Assembly: GCA_963674825.1 (NCBI GenBank)
Contig: OY771587.1
Location: 1,440,001-1,504,000 of the forward strand
Origin: Candidatus Cloacimonadales bacterium
Lineage (GTDB): Bacteria; Cloacimonadota; Cloacimonadia; Cloacimonadales; JAIOQZ01
Length of the DNA stretch: 64,000 nucleotides
Direction of reading: 5' to 3'
Shown here: piece by piece, positions 42,080 to 52,842 of the stretch
Layout of the letters: each line of letters starts with the position of its first letter
Position numbering within the stretch: the first letter of the stretch is position 1
Notes under the pieces: model-generated
Databases searched by the model: none
What the model was told of the DNA's origin: nothing
What the model saw: the letters and a program-made list of their open reading frames with translations, nothing else
Program-made: the position numbers and the translations under genes

Positions 42080-44656
42080 ATGAATCTGAACAAACTGACG
42101 CTAATGACCCGCGATTCTCTCGAAATGGCACGTCAGATCGCCATCGAGCACGGTAATCAGGAGATTGGCTCTTACCATATTATGTCGGCGATGCTTGGAT
42201 CGGACGAAAGCTTCATTCCGCCACTCATGCGGAAGATTGGCGTCGAGCCACAGCAGTTCACCCGTGAAATTTCTGATAAAATCGAAGGTCTTCCGCGCGT
42301 TAGCGGTGGCGGACAAGCTTACCTTTCAAGCGACATGCAGAATGTCATGGATGCTGCCGAGAAAGAAGCAGGCAAGATGCAGGACGAGTACGTCAGCCTC
42401 GAGCACGTTCTTTTAGGAATGCTGGAGAAGAAATGTGACGCAGGTGTTCTCCTCAAGCGCCACGGCATCGACCGTAAAAAGGTGTTGGAGGCACTCAAGG
42501 ATATCCGCGGTTCGCAACGCGTAACCGACGAGAATCCGGAGGCGAAATACCAGGCACTCAAGCGCTACGCACGCAACCTCACAGAACTGGCTCGTACCGG
42601 CAAACTTGATCCGGTAATCGGACGCGACGAGGAGATCCGCAGAAGCATCCAGATCCTTTCGCGTCGGCGCAAGAACAACCCAATCCTGATCGGCGATCCG
42701 GGTGTCGGTAAGACCGCCATCGTGGAAGGACTCGCCCGGAGAGTGATCGACCAGGATGTACCGGAAAACCTGAAAAACAAGGATATTGTAGAACTGGATA
42801 TGGCCTCACTGCTTGCGGGTGCGAAGTTCCGCGGCGAATTCGAAGAGCGCTTGAAAGCGGTTCTGAAAGAAGTCGAGGAGTCGGACGGCAGGATCATCCT
42901 GTTTATCGACGAGCTTCACACAGTTGTGGGTGCTGGTGCCGCCGAAGGCGCCGTGGACGCGTCTAACATGCTCAAGCCGGCCCTGGCTCGCGGTTCGCTG
43001 CACTGTATCGGCGCGACCACGCTGGACGAGTACCGTAAATACATCGAGAAAGACGCGGCACTGGAACGCAGGTTCCAGCCGGTATTGGTCTCGGAACCCG
43101 GCGAGGAGGAAACCATCTCCATCCTGCGCGGCATCAAGGAAAAATACGAGGTGCACCACGGCGTACAGATCACCGATAGCGCTCTGGTTGCGGCTGCAGT
43201 TCTCTCCAACCGCTATATCTCGGATCGCTTCCTGCCGGACAAGGCAATCGACCTGGTTGACGAAGCCTGTGCGCTTCTGCGTATGGAAATCGATTCCATG
43301 CCGGTGGAGCTGGACGAGATCGAACGACGGCTTCGGCAGCTCGAGATCGAAAAGCTCTCCATGCAGAAGGAAAAGGATCCGCTGTCAAAAGAACGTCTCG
43401 GCAAGTGCGACCTGGAAATATCGCAGCTTAAAGAAAAGCAGGCGACGCTCAAGATGCGCTGGGAATATGAAAAGAATCTCTTGAAGCAAATCGGAGAGAT
43501 ATCGGAAGAGATCGACCGCATCAAAGCCGACGCCGAAATCGCCGAGCGTTCCGGTGACTACAACAAGGTCGCGGAATTGCGCTACGGGCTGATGAACAGC
43601 AAGCAGAAGGAGCTCGACCAGCTTCGAGCCAAACTCGCCGAGATTCCCCAGGACGAGCAACTCCTCAAGGAACAGATCGACGAGGAGATGATCGCGCAGG
43701 TCGTCGCCAAGTGGACCAACATCCCAGTCTCGAAGCTTATGCAGAGTGAAATGCAGAAGCTGGTGACGATGGAAGATCACCTCTCCCAGCGTGTAATTGG
43801 CCAGATGGAAGGTATTCGCGCGGTGTCCGACGCAATCCGGCGTTCGCGAAGTGGCCTGGCCGACAGCGACCGGCCAATCGGATCTTTCCTATTTCTTGGT
43901 CCCACCGGTGTGGGCAAGACCGAGCTCGCCAAGAGCCTGGCAGAGTTCCTGTTCGACACGGAACGGGCGATTATACGTGTAGATATGTCCGAATACTTGG
44001 AGCGGCACTCGGTAGCGCGTCTCATCGGCGCACCTCCCGGATACGTAGGTTACGATCAGGGCGGCTATCTCACCGAAGCAGTCCGTAGAAGACCTTACAG
44101 CGTGATCCTCTTCGACGAGATCGAGAAGGCGCACAACGACGTGTTCAACGTGCTGCTGCAAATCCTCGATGATGGCAGACTCACCGACGGCAAGGGACGC
44201 ACGGTCGATTTCAAGAACACCGTGATCATCATGACGTCCAACATGGGATCCGACCTGATTTTCAACACCCACACGGATGATCTGGACGAGATCCGACCGC
44301 AGTTAATGGACATCTTGCGGCAATACCTGAGGCCAGAGTTTATAAACCGTCTCGACGATATTATCGTATTCCACAGACTCAGTCAGAAGCAGATTGAAGA
44401 GATTGTTAAAATCCAGCTGTCGCGGCTCCAGAAGCGGCTTGCAGAAAAGCATGTCGTGCTCGATATCACCGACGAGGCGATGCACCGGCTGGCGCAGGAA
44501 GGATTCGATCCTCAATACGGCGCGAGGCCACTCAAGCGAGTTATCCAACGCGAGATCGAAAACAACCTCGCCAAAGAAATGCTTCAGGGAAACATCCTGC
44601 CGAACCACACCGTCCATATGGATTACAGAAACGAGGCATTCGTGTTTCAAGCATGA
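42080..44656 (+). CDS. clpB: Chaperone ClpB
   Basis: Two AAA+ modules ([16 protein letters not shown]) with a long middle coiled coil; GGAGG RBS. Confidence 0.98.
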   Translation: MNLNKLTLMTRDSLEMARQIAIEHGNQEIGSYHIMSAMLGSDESFIPPLMRKIGVEPQQFTREISDKIEGLPRVSGGGQAYLSSDMQNVMDAAEKEAGKMQDEYVSLEHVLLGMLEKKCDAGVLLKRHGIDRKKVLEALKDIRGSQRVTDENPEAKYQALKRYARNLTELARTGKLDPVIGRDEEIRRSIQILSRRRKNNPILIGDPGVGKTAIVEGLARRVIDQDVPENLKNKDIVELDMASLLAGAKFRGEFEERLKAVLKEVEESDGRIILFIDELHTVVGAGAAEGAVDASNMLKPALARGSLHCIGATTLDEYRKYIEKDAALERRFQPVLVSEPGEEETISILRGIKEKYEVHHGVQITDSALVAAAVLSNRYISDRFLPDKAIDLVDEACALLRMEIDSMPVELDEIERRLRQLEIEKLSMQKEKDPLSKERLGKCDLEISQLKEKQATLKMRWEYEKNLLKQIGEISEEIDRIKADAEIAERSGDYNKVAELRYGLMNSKQKELDQLRAKLAEIPQDEQLLKEQIDEEMIAQVVAKWTNIPVSKLMQSEMQKLVTMEDHLSQRVIGQMEGIRAVSDAIRRSRSGLADSDRPIGSFLFLGPTGVGKTELAKSLAEFLFDTERAIIRVDMSEYLERHSVARLIGAPPGYVGYDQGGYLTEAVRRRPYSVILFDEIEKAHNDVFNVLLQILDDGRLTDGKGRTVDFKNTVIIMTSNMGSDLIFNTHTDDLDEIRPQLMDILRQYLRPEFINRLDDIIVFHRLSQKQIEEIVKIQLSRLQKRLAEKHVVLDITDEAMHRLAQEGFDPQYGARPLKRVIQREIENNLAKEMLQGNILPNHTVHMDYRNEAFVFQA

Positions 44657-44716
44657 GCCAACAAACCGGACATACTGTCGTCTGGTTTTCAACATAAATC
44701 TCTGTGTTACTATGCT

Positions 44717-44745
44717 AAAAAAGCCGGGCAAACACCCGGCTTTTT
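44717..44745. terminator. Bidirectional terminator
   Basis: A6-GCCGGG-caaaca-CCCGGC-T5 between convergent genes. Confidence 0.85.
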
Positions 44746-44769
44746 ATATGAAATCGATAGTCTATGCAT

Positions 44770-46038
44770 TTACTTCTTCGAGAGGAACTCTTCGATATGA
44801 TCGAACTGTCGTCTCGCTTCAGCGCGGCATTTCACCAGGTTGCTCTTGATTTGTTCAGCGATAATGGTGTGGTTTTTCTCCAGCTTATCGATAGCTATTC
44901 CGATTTTCGTCAGATCGAGGTTCTTGTAATCGAAAACATAATCGCTGAGGTCGAATTGCTTGAGCACTTCTTCATATTTATGGCTCCAACCGATCACGAT
45001 CAACGGTTTGTGCAGGTTGAGCGCAAAAATCATAGCATGGAAGCGAGACACCAGGCAGAGTGAGGTTTTTTCAATAAACCGTTTGATACCATCACTGTTC
45101 GCATCGAAATCAACGACCGTTATCTCACTCACCATGGAGGTGTGTTTCTCGCGAATCCTCGCCATGATCTCACGTATAACGGGAATGTCGTTGTTCATCA
45201 GCTCATCGGGATTGTCCTCACGTGTCGCGTTCGGGAATAACAATACGTGGTATTTCCGGGATTGAAGAAACTCGATGATACGGATGTTGAGATCGATGTA
45301 ATCCCATCTCTCTTTGAGTGATTTCTTATAGATCACCGCACTGGGGCAGAAACCGATAATATCGGAATTCTTTCCGTCGAGTTCCGCAAGTGTCATTTCG
45401 ATACGGCTCAGGTTTTCGCTGGTTACCGGGTCCCCGAAATCATTCAGGAAAACGATATCGTCCGCACGATGCAGGATTCCCGCAGGCACTTTCAACTGGT
45501 CGAAGTTCTTCAGCGTCGCTTCACCTCGAGCAAAGATTCTCATGCACTTGAAGAGGTATCGCTTCGCGAAAAACCGGTTAACCGGATTCTTGAACGGGCC
45601 CATTGCCTGGGAAAGTTTGTACACCGGCACTTTAAAAAGCAGTGCTGTGAGTATGGTCAGGATGTTGAAGGGGAGGAACTTTTCCCGCCCATCGATAAAC
45701 GATACACCGGCGACATCAAGTTGCATGTCACTGGACGCAATGAACGACACCTCTTTGGGCATCCGTTTGATCAAACCACTGAGACCGATATGTTTCAGAA
45801 TGTAAGCGATGATTGTACAGGGGAAAAGCACACCCGCAAGAAAGGCAGGCTTCGAACTCAGGATAACGCAATTGGCGTCCTTATCAATCAGCTTTCGATC
45901 CTTCTTGGGATAGGGTGTCATGATTCCGAATCTGGTATCGGGAAATTTCTTGCGAATCTGAGCAATTGTCGTTACAGTCATTGCCTCTGCGCCACGATTT
46001 CCATAAAGCGCACCAGCGCTTATCGTTATTTTTTTCAT
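44770..46038 (-). CDS. Polysaccharide pyruvyl transferase family protein (WcaK-like)
   Basis: GNRGAEAM, SQAMGPF, ARGE, SRFHAMIFA, WSHKY. Confidence 0.88.
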   Translation of the reverse strand: MKKITISAGALYGNRGAEAMTVTTIAQIRKKFPDTRFGIMTPYPKKDRKLIDKDANCVILSSKPAFLAGVLFPCTIIAYILKHIGLSGLIKRMPKEVSFIASSDMQLDVAGVSFIDGREKFLPFNILTILTALLFKVPVYKLSQAMGPFKNPVNRFFAKRYLFKCMRIFARGEATLKNFDQLKVPAGILHRADDIVFLNDFGDPVTSENLSRIEMTLAELDGKNSDIIGFCPSAVIYKKSLKERWDYIDLNIRIIEFLQSRKYHVLLFPNATREDNPDELMNNDIPVIREIMARIREKHTSMVSEITVVDFDANSDGIKRFIEKTSLCLVSRFHAMIFALNLHKPLIVIGWSHKYEEVLKQFDLSDYVFDYKNLDLTKIGIAIDKLEKNHTIIAEQIKSNLVKCRAEARRQFDHIEEFLSKK

Positions 46039-46084
46039 GAAAATGTCTCCAGCGATCTATCTTGCGGGGGATCGTTTCGATATC

Positions 46085-46116
46085 AAGGGGATTGCTTCAG
46101 CGAAGAAATCCCCTTT
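46085..46116. terminator. Hairpin downstream of lysS
   Basis: AAGGGGATT...AATCCCCTT inverted repeat; weak U-tract on the minus strand. Confidence 0.5.
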
Positions 46117-46146
46117 TATCTTATAATGATATTCTACCTTAAGTAG

Positions 46147-47643
46147 CTATTTTTTCGGCTTATACATCGGGAACGGGATGATGTCGCGAATATTCGGGCT
46201 ATCGGTAAGCAGCATGACCAGTCGGTCGATACCGATACCAACACCACCGGTGGGTGGCATTCCACAGCCGATGGCTCTCACGAAGTCAACATCAACCGGG
46301 TGATCAGAGTAGTCCTGACCCTCTTTGGGTTCACGTTGCGTTTCGAGACGCTCGAGCTGCAAGACGGGATCGGTCATCTCAGAGTAGGCGTTACCCAGCT
46401 CCATTCCGCAAACATACGGTTCGAAGCGTTCCACGAAACGATCGTCACCGCGTTTTTTCTTTGTAAGCGGCGAGATATCCACAGGGTGGTTTATAATGAA
46501 TGTAGGCTGAATGAGTGCTTCTTCGCATAATGCCTCAAAGAGCACCATCACTGCTACACCCCAGGTAAGGCCCTTCTCGACCTTCATCTCGTGCTTTTTC
46601 ATCTCTTCGATCAGATCTTCCAGGCTCATCTTGTCGGCATCGATGCCGGCAATATTCTTGAGCGCTTCGAGGACGGTCATCCTGTTCCAAGGTGGTGTAA
46701 AGTCAATATCCTGCCCCTGATAACTCACCTTCATGGTTCCATTGACTTTCTGGCAGACGCTGCTGACCAGATTCTCGAAATTGCGCATCTGATCTTCGTA
46801 GTCGGAGTAGGTTTCGTACCATTCAATCATGGTGAATTCGGGGTTGTGGGTGTAGTCAATACCTTCGTTACGGAAGTTCTGGCAGATCGTATAGACACGG
46901 TCGAACCCGGCAACGATAAAACGCTTGAGATAAAGTTCAGGCGAGATACGTAAGAAAGCAGGGCTGTTTCCCAGCGCCCAGATACTGGTCTCGAACGGAC
47001 GAGCTTCTGCCCCACCGTAAACGAACTCGATCGTCGGTGTGGTCACTTCGATGAAATCGCGTGATTCCATGAAATCACGTACGGCCGAAACGATCTTTGC
47101 ACGCTTGAACACACGGTTGCGATCTTCGTCGTTAAGCATCCAGTCGATATAACGTTCGCGATACTTGGCTTCTGGATCGGCAACGCGATTGAAGACTTTG
47201 TCGTCGGTCTCTTTACCCATCGGGATCGGTACAACAGTCTTGGAAAGCACATCAATCTTGCTGATTCGCAGCGTCATTTCGCCCGTCTTGGTCATGAAGA
47301 GTTTACCATGTACGCCAACAATATCACCAAGATCAAGCGCGGAAAGCATGCTCCAGTACTGCGCGTCGATTCCCTCGCGTGCGATCAGACCCTGGATCTT
47401 TCCGGTTTTGTCGCGCAGATCGATGAAAACGCTCTTGCCCATCTTGCGCTTGGACCACAGTCTTCCGACCGTCGTGAAGACCTTGTCATCACCTTCTTCG
47501 TTCAGCTCGATCGACTCTCCGTGGGCACGAATTGTATCGATTGTCGTAAATTCATCATAATTATACGGATAGGGGTCAACACCCATATCCATCAATTGCT
47601 TCCTCTTCTGAAGCCGGATGCCATCAAATCCATATTTCTTCAT
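46147..47643 (-). CDS. lysS: Lysine-tRNA ligase, class II
   Basis: N-terminal OB anticodon domain; GGAEARPF, PELYLKR, FRNEG...HNPEFT, ELGNAYSE, GMPPTGG.GIGIDRL. Confidence 0.95.
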   Translation of the reverse strand: MKKYGFDGIRLQKRKQLMDMGVDPYPYNYDEFTTIDTIRAHGESIELNEEGDDKVFTTVGRLWSKRKMGKSVFIDLRDKTGKIQGLIAREGIDAQYWSMLSALDLGDIVGVHGKLFMTKTGEMTLRISKIDVLSKTVVPIPMGKETDDKVFNRVADPEAKYRERYIDWMLNDEDRNRVFKRAKIVSAVRDFMESRDFIEVTTPTIEFVYGGAEARPFETSIWALGNSPAFLRISPELYLKRFIVAGFDRVYTICQNFRNEGIDYTHNPEFTMIEWYETYSDYEDQMRNFENLVSSVCQKVNGTMKVSYQGQDIDFTPPWNRMTVLEALKNIAGIDADKMSLEDLIEEMKKHEMKVEKGLTWGVAVMVLFEALCEEALIQPTFIINHPVDISPLTKKKRGDDRFVERFEPYVCGMELGNAYSEMTDPVLQLERLETQREPKEGQDYSDHPVDVDFVRAIGCGMPPTGGVGIGIDRLVMLLTDSPNIRDIIPFPMYKPKK

Positions 47644-47645
47644 AG

Positions 47646-49904
47646 TTACAAACCTTGTTCTTCAATATAGTTCCTGTACGTTTCAACGTTACCCCACCAG
47701 GCGTCAACTTCTTTCTTTCGCATGACCTTGACGAAGTGCTTGCCACGGTCAGTGAAAAGCCCGTGAATCGTAGATGCCAGCCCGTTTCTGATCAGGCTGT
47801 GAATATACTCGATGATGCTGGGCGTGATTTCCAGTCCGGGCATGATCACAGGAATACCCGGAGGGTATGGAACCAGCATCTGTGCGCCGATCCGACCGAC
47901 TGCATCACTCAGCGCGACCAGTTCGCCATCGCACGACGCCGCGTCACGCGGGAGGATCACCGTACGACTGCGGGACATCTCGCGGTTGAATTCCACACTC
48001 ACGCCATAGCTGTTGGTGGGGATATCCGGGTAACCGAGCAGGTCGCGGTTCTTGTTCAGAATCTCGAACAGTTTCTGCAGATGATCGTTGAAAGTCCCGA
48101 TGGTAATTAGGAATTCGATACAGCCTCGCGAGCTCTTTTCCCACTGGATGTGCTCTCGTTCGAGTATTTGTTTCAGCTCTTCGCCGCATTCTTCATCCAG
48201 GACACCAATAATAAGTTTCAACGGATCTTTCATGTAGCCGTTGTAGCGGTGAGTGTTTTCGTCACCAACGATATCTATCAGGTTCACGATGCTGTCTGGA
48301 GCGATCTGCGCCAAGTCGTTATTGAACTTTTGGATCCATTTGTGACGCTTCTCCAATATAGAGAGCCCTTCCAGCCGCATCTGGATGCCCGACATATCGA
48401 GCGTAGCCAGCATGGGATAGTTAGGCGAGGTAGAATGCCAATAGCGCAGAATTTCCACCAGATCATGACAGAATTTCTCGTAGGAACCTCTGTTACGGAA
48501 GCTGAAACGCTCACGCAGCCATTCCCATTGCGAGCTTGTGTCACGTTCCACCAGATTTCGGAACGCAGCGGTAATATGTATCATGGACGCCTGGCTGAAC
48601 GCCGCCAGGGCCTTGTGGGTCGATTGCACGACGAAATGCGCCCCGGCGTCGCAACCGTTGTAGCGCGTTATGTATTCTCCGTCCGGGAGCAGGATGTCCC
48701 GTGCGGTATAAAGCGGATGGAACCTCAGATAAGGTGCCCAGGCTTCGTCCGCGTAAAAGATGATTCCGTATTCTTCGCAGAGACGCGCAATTTTATGGAT
48801 CGGATAGAGCACGCCCTCGTAGGTGCATGTGGTGAGGATCAGCATGCGCGGCTTGAGGCCCTCAGGGTAGTCGCGCGTGATGAACGCCTCGAGTGTGGGG
48901 TAATCGACCGGCGTCCAGATTCCCAACGCTTCGTTGTATTCCGGCTCGAGGTAGAGCGGAAGCGCGCCCGACATCACCACAGCCTGATGTACCGATTTAT
49001 GGCAGTTGCGGTCCAGCAGCACGATTTCGCCCGGACGCATGAGAGTCATCAGAAGGGCTTTATTGGATGCGGATGTGCCGTTGGTCATGTAAAAGGTGTT
49101 TTCCGCGCCAAAGATGTTGGCGGCACGGATTTGCGAGCGTTGCAGCGGCTTGAGCCCGGGATGATCGTAATCGCGGATACGATAGTCCGGCTCGGAGAGG
49201 TCACCAAGGCGATCGACCGACACGCTCAGGTCGGTCTCGAAGATAGCGTGATCGTAGGTGTAGTAAAAAGCTTTCTGGAACTGCGAGCGCAAGAAGGCGT
49301 TGCCGCCGTTGTGGCCCGGCGTGTGCCAGGATTTCGAGCCTTCTTCAAAGGCGTAGTTACGCAGTTCGCGCCAGAACGAAGCGCCCCACCACTCGTTGAA
49401 GTAGAGGTTGAATTCGCGGCTCAGTTCGGTCATGTTTGAAAAGATATCCTGCGGGATCATTGCCCAGCGTTCGGGCACGTTTTCTGATTCATCTTCGTCC
49501 GCCAGCAGTATGACCGGAATGTGCGGGAAGATACTGTCGAGCCAATCGGCGAAGTTCATTCCACCGACGTTCGCCAGGGGAAGGTTTTCCATCACCATGT
49601 CTTCGCGCTCGATCACGTAGTCCATCACGAAGAAGAGCACTTTCGCACCGATTTCGGACAGCTGATTACCGGGATAAATACCATTCATGAAGTCGCTGAC
49701 CGATTTGTATTGGATGAGCTTGAATTCGAGTTCGGGCGTGAAATCGGATCTGCCCGGTACGATATTTTTATGTCCAAAGTGGTCGAAGAAAAATTTATTC
49801 AGCCTGGTCTCGATCCAGGGAAAAACGCGTTTAAACAGACTTCTGTCCGTTTGATCGTCCTCGAGATGGACGATGTAAAAGACTTCTTTGATAGGATCTT
49901 GCAT
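47646..49904 (-). CDS. Orn/Lys/Arg decarboxylase (PLP fold I) with a receiver-like N-terminal domain
   Basis: HTPGH, TNGTS..N, DRNCHKS, TYEG, DEAW, QSTHK (PLP Lys), STSP, PYPPGIP. Confidence 0.92.
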   Translation of the reverse strand: MQDPIKEVFYIVHLEDDQTDRSLFKRVFPWIETRLNKFFFDHFGHKNIVPGRSDFTPELEFKLIQYKSVSDFMNGIYPGNQLSEIGAKVLFFVMDYVIEREDMVMENLPLANVGGMNFADWLDSIFPHIPVILLADEDESENVPERWAMIPQDIFSNMTELSREFNLYFNEWWGASFWRELRNYAFEEGSKSWHTPGHNGGNAFLRSQFQKAFYYTYDHAIFETDLSVSVDRLGDLSEPDYRIRDYDHPGLKPLQRSQIRAANIFGAENTFYMTNGTSASNKALLMTLMRPGEIVLLDRNCHKSVHQAVVMSGALPLYLEPEYNEALGIWTPVDYPTLEAFITRDYPEGLKPRMLILTTCTYEGVLYPIHKIARLCEEYGIIFYADEAWAPYLRFHPLYTARDILLPDGEYITRYNGCDAGAHFVVQSTHKALAAFSQASMIHITAAFRNLVERDTSSQWEWLRERFSFRNRGSYEKFCHDLVEILRYWHSTSPNYPMLATLDMSGIQMRLEGLSILEKRHKWIQKFNNDLAQIAPDSIVNLIDIVGDENTHRYNGYMKDPLKLIIGVLDEECGEELKQILEREHIQWEKSSRGCIEFLITIGTFNDHLQKLFEILNKNRDLLGYPDIPTNSYGVSVEFNREMSRSRTVILPRDAASCDGELVALSDAVGRIGAQMLVPYPPGIPVIMPGLEITPSIIEYIHSLIRNGLASTIHGLFTDRGKHFVKVMRKKEVDAWWGNVETYRNYIEEQGL

Positions 49905-50105
49905 AACTCCTCCCCACACATTTTAGTCAACATAATGGAAAACAAAATCCGCGCAATTTCATACCCCGGATTTCTGTGTCAAGTCAAATTGTTTTTGTGG
50001 GTTTTGCGCTCTTTCTATTATTAAATACCGAGGCTTGAATGATGCGTTATAGGCTGAAAGCCTCCACATTACTATGATGGCTACGCTGATATCTAATGTG
50101 AGCGA

Positions 50106-50867
50106 CTACTTCAGCACGTTTTCAAGAACATGCTCGAGCTTATCGACGGCGACGAGGGTATTGATGCAGGGGCCTTCCGGGCGTTCGTTGAGGATTCCGT
50201 AAACCGGGATGGGAAAAGCGTCCTGAATACCATCGACCAGGTCACGCTGGCAGGCGACGGCGATGATGAACTTGGGACGGTTTTTGACGATAATGCGACG
50301 AGCGAGTGTGCCACCTGTCGCGATAGCAATGGTTATATTGTATTTCTCCGCCAGCTTCTTGAGTGCTGCGATGTTGCACTTACCGCATCCGGTACAGAGG
50401 CGGATATCATTGGTAATGCGGATGTTACAGTCCGTGTTTTGCAAGCAGTGCGGCAGAAGCACCAGAATCTCGGAGGGCTCGAATTTCATCGGCATTGTCT
50501 TTGTGAGAGCATTGTTGACATGAACGTACGATTCACGCACACGATCCCGTGAAATACCGATGATTCGCCCGAGAAGAACGGTTACAGGAAACAAGAATTG
50601 AGTCGCAAGCCGAACCGGAAAACGTAGAATCATGAGGTTCTTTTCGAGGTAACTGGTGAGCAGCATCAGGATGATGCCGAACATCACCATGAAGTAGAAT
50701 ATCCTGAGCGCTGTGAGTGTGGCGATCGCTATCCAGTGACTGATTTCGTGCAGTCGTGGCGAGATGAACCACCAGAGTACGGTTGTAACCGCCATCACGA
50801 GGATAAGGCTCAGTGTGGCGAGCACCAGAAACAGGTTCTTGTATTTAGTCCCGATCTCGATCGGCAT
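50106..50867 (-). CDS. DUF116 family membrane-anchored Cys-rich protein
   Basis: Two TM segments; LLPHCLQ, CTGCGKC, ATGGTLA, AVACQRDL, GPCINT. Confidence 0.85.
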   Translation of the reverse strand: MPIEIGTKYKNLFLVLATLSLILVMAVTTVLWWFISPRLHEISHWIAIATLTALRIFYFMVMFGIILMLLTSYLEKNLMILRFPVRLATQFLFPVTVLLGRIIGISRDRVRESYVHVNNALTKTMPMKFEPSEILVLLPHCLQNTDCNIRITNDIRLCTGCGKCNIAALKKLAEKYNITIAIATGGTLARRIIVKNRPKFIIAVACQRDLVDGIQDAFPIPVYGILNERPEGPCINTLVAVDKLEHVLENVLK

Positions 50868-51804
50868 GCGTAAACCGCTCCCCTTCTTTGAGATGCGCAC
50901 CAAGATTGTAGGCATGTGCGCTCATGATCTTCTTTCCTGCCGGCTGCACTTCGGTAATCAGGATCACCCGATCCGCCGTCGCGACTTCGAAGCCGACGTT
51001 CTTGACGATACCCACGATGGTTCCAGGTTCATCCGTTGCGATGCGTTCCAGCAATTCCGTTCGGATGATTTTGATAGGGGCTTCGCGCAGAAACGCCGTC
51101 GCGCCGGGCTGCAACGCCAAGCCTCGTACGTGGTTGCGAATAGTCTCAGCAGAAACATTCCAGTCGATGAAGGTATCACTTTTATCGATCTTACCGCAGA
51201 AAACAGCCTTTTCGTGCTGCTGCTTCTGCTCGACGATCTCGCCTCTCTCGAGCATCTCGAGCGTGGTTACCAAATCTTCACCACCCATGAGGGAGAGACG
51301 ATCCTGTAACTCGGTGTAGCACTCTGTAGGCTCGATATCGGTCTGACGCTGGTAGAGGATCGGTCCGGCATCCATCCTACGGGTGAGTCGGAAAATGGTG
51401 TTGCCGGTGATGGTATCGCCATGGAAGAGCGCAGCATTGACAGGACTCGATCCGCGGTAGAGTGGCAAAAGAGACGGATGCAGATTCAGACACCCGAATG
51501 GAGTTAATTCGCGAAGCGCTTTCCCCAGAAATCCACCATAGGCAGCGGTCACAATCACATCCGGTTTCACGGCTGCGATCTGCTCGATCGCATCGGGAGT
51601 GTTGACATCTTCCGGCTGGAATACGGAAATACCGAGTTCAAAAGCGAGTGCCTTTACCGGCGGCGGTGTCAGACGCTGCTTGCGTCCTTTTGGCCTGTCG
51701 GGCTGCGTAACCACCAGTACCGGCTTGAACTTGCTTTCGGCAAGCCTTTTCAAGGCGGGGACAGCGAATTCCGGTGTCCCCATGAAAACGAGTCTATTTA
51801 TCAA
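50845..51804 (-). CDS. fmt: Methionyl-tRNA formyltransferase (probable TTG start)
   Basis: VFMGTPEFA, VVTQPDRP, NLHPSLLP.YRG, MDAG. Confidence 0.96.
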   Translation of the reverse strand: MINRLVFMGTPEFAVPALKRLAESKFKPVLVVTQPDRPKGRKQRLTPPPVKALAFELGISVFQPEDVNTPDAIEQIAAVKPDVIVTAAYGGFLGKALRELTPFGCLNLHPSLLPLYRGSSPVNAALFHGDTITGNTIFRLTRRMDAGPILYQRQTDIEPTECYTELQDRLSLMGGEDLVTTLEMLERGEIVEQKQQHEKAVFCGKIDKSDTFIDWNVSAETIRNHVRGLALQPGATAFLREAPIKIIRTELLERIATDEPGTIVGIVKNVGFEVATADRVILITEVQPAGKKIMSAHAYNLGAHLKEGERFTHADRDRD

Positions 51805-52351
51805 AGATGCGGATGTTGACACCATGTTCGTCCGTTGTGCTCTCCAGTTCACGGATTTTCTTTTTCCAGGGCAGGAGTTTCAGCTTGTTTACGCGATCCA
51901 CGAAGAGAATCCCGTCCAGATGGTCATATTCGTGCTGTAAGACGGTAGAAAAATAATCTTCCGCCTCATAAACCTGCTCTTCGCCCTTCTCGTTGATCGA
52001 TTCGATCGTGATCTTGCCAGGACGCTTTACTTTTTCGAAGATACCGGGAAGGCTGAGGCATCCCTCTTCATAGATATACGAACCTTCGCTCTCGGTAATG
52101 CGAGGATTGATCATCACGACCGGCTTTTTTACCTTCGTTTCGTAGAAGAACGGATCGACCACGAAGATACGGAGCGATCTGCCAACCTGCGGTGCTGCGA
52201 GGCCTACACCATCATAGGTGTACATGGTCTCGATGAGATCCTGAATGAACTCGCTGATCTCGTCGGTGATCTCCTGGACCGGTTCCGCTTTCTCACGCAG
52301 AATCCTGTCGCCGATCAACCGTACTTCGAGCAATTTCGGTTGCCGTTTCAT
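51794..52351 (-). CDS. def: Peptide deformylase
   Basis: GVGLAAPQ, EGCLS, QHEYDHL. Confidence 0.97.
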   Translation of the reverse strand: MKRQPKLLEVRLIGDRILREKAEPVQEITDEISEFIQDLIETMYTYDGVGLAAPQVGRSLRIFVVDPFFYETKVKKPVVMINPRITESEGSYIYEEGCLSLPGIFEKVKRPGKITIESINEKGEEQVYEAEDYFSTVLQHEYDHLDGILFVDRVNKLKLLPWKKKIRELESTTDEHGVNIRIFDK

Positions 52352-52353
52352 GC

Positions 52354-52710
52354 TTACTTGGTTTCGGCTGGCTTGTCGGTCTTCGGGACGATCCCGGCAA
52401 TTGCCTGGCGCTGGAATTCGATCTTGGTGTTGGTGCTTTCATCCACGCGAAGAACCACGCTGTCCTTGTCTTTCTTGATCGATACAATCTTGCCGATGAT
52501 ACCGGAAGATGTGACAACAACGTCGTTTTCTTTCAGCTCTTCGATCATTCTCTGATGCTCTTTCTGCTTCTTCTGTTGCGGACGAATCAGAAGAAAATAG
52601 AAGATTCCGAACATAAGTCCGAACATGAGGATGGTCTGGATCAGTCCACCCGCGCCACCGGTAGCGCCATCGGCTGCTGGTGCAGTTGCTTGCAGTAACA
52701 TGTAATGCAT
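52354..52710 (-). CDS. yajC: Preprotein translocase subunit YajC
   Basis: FYFLLIRPQQKKQK; VVTSSGIIG. Confidence 0.96.
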   Translation of the reverse strand: MHYMLLQATAPAADGATGGAGGLIQTILMFGLMFGIFYFLLIRPQQKKQKEHQRMIEELKENDVVVTSSGIIGKIVSIKKDKDSVVLRVDESTNTKIEFQRQAIAGIVPKTDKPAETK

Positions 52711-52746
52711 AGTATATCTCCTTTATTCAATATCGTATTAAGCCAC

Positions 52747-52842
52747 TATCGCATATACAGATAACGCGATACGATTACATCTCGCACATATAGATACAGC
52801 GAGATACAATGGCCTCTCGCACATATTTGGATAACGCGTTAT
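52747..52842. repeat. Three related palindromic units in the yajC / macroglobulin intergenic region
   Basis: TCGCAYATA...GATA..GCG starting at 52749, 52782 and 52817. Confidence 0.65.

Noticed and set aside
49905..50105. Lysine riboswitch or T-box upstream of the decarboxylase-lysS pair
   Set aside because: Hairpins are present but the L-box and T-box consensus motifs are not, and the likely leader after TTGACA (49977-49982) is too short.
52747..52842. Mini-CRISPR array or oriC (one TTATCCAAA on the minus strand)
   Set aside because: Repeats are degenerate with ~10-nt gaps, there are no cas genes, and there is only one mismatched DnaA box.
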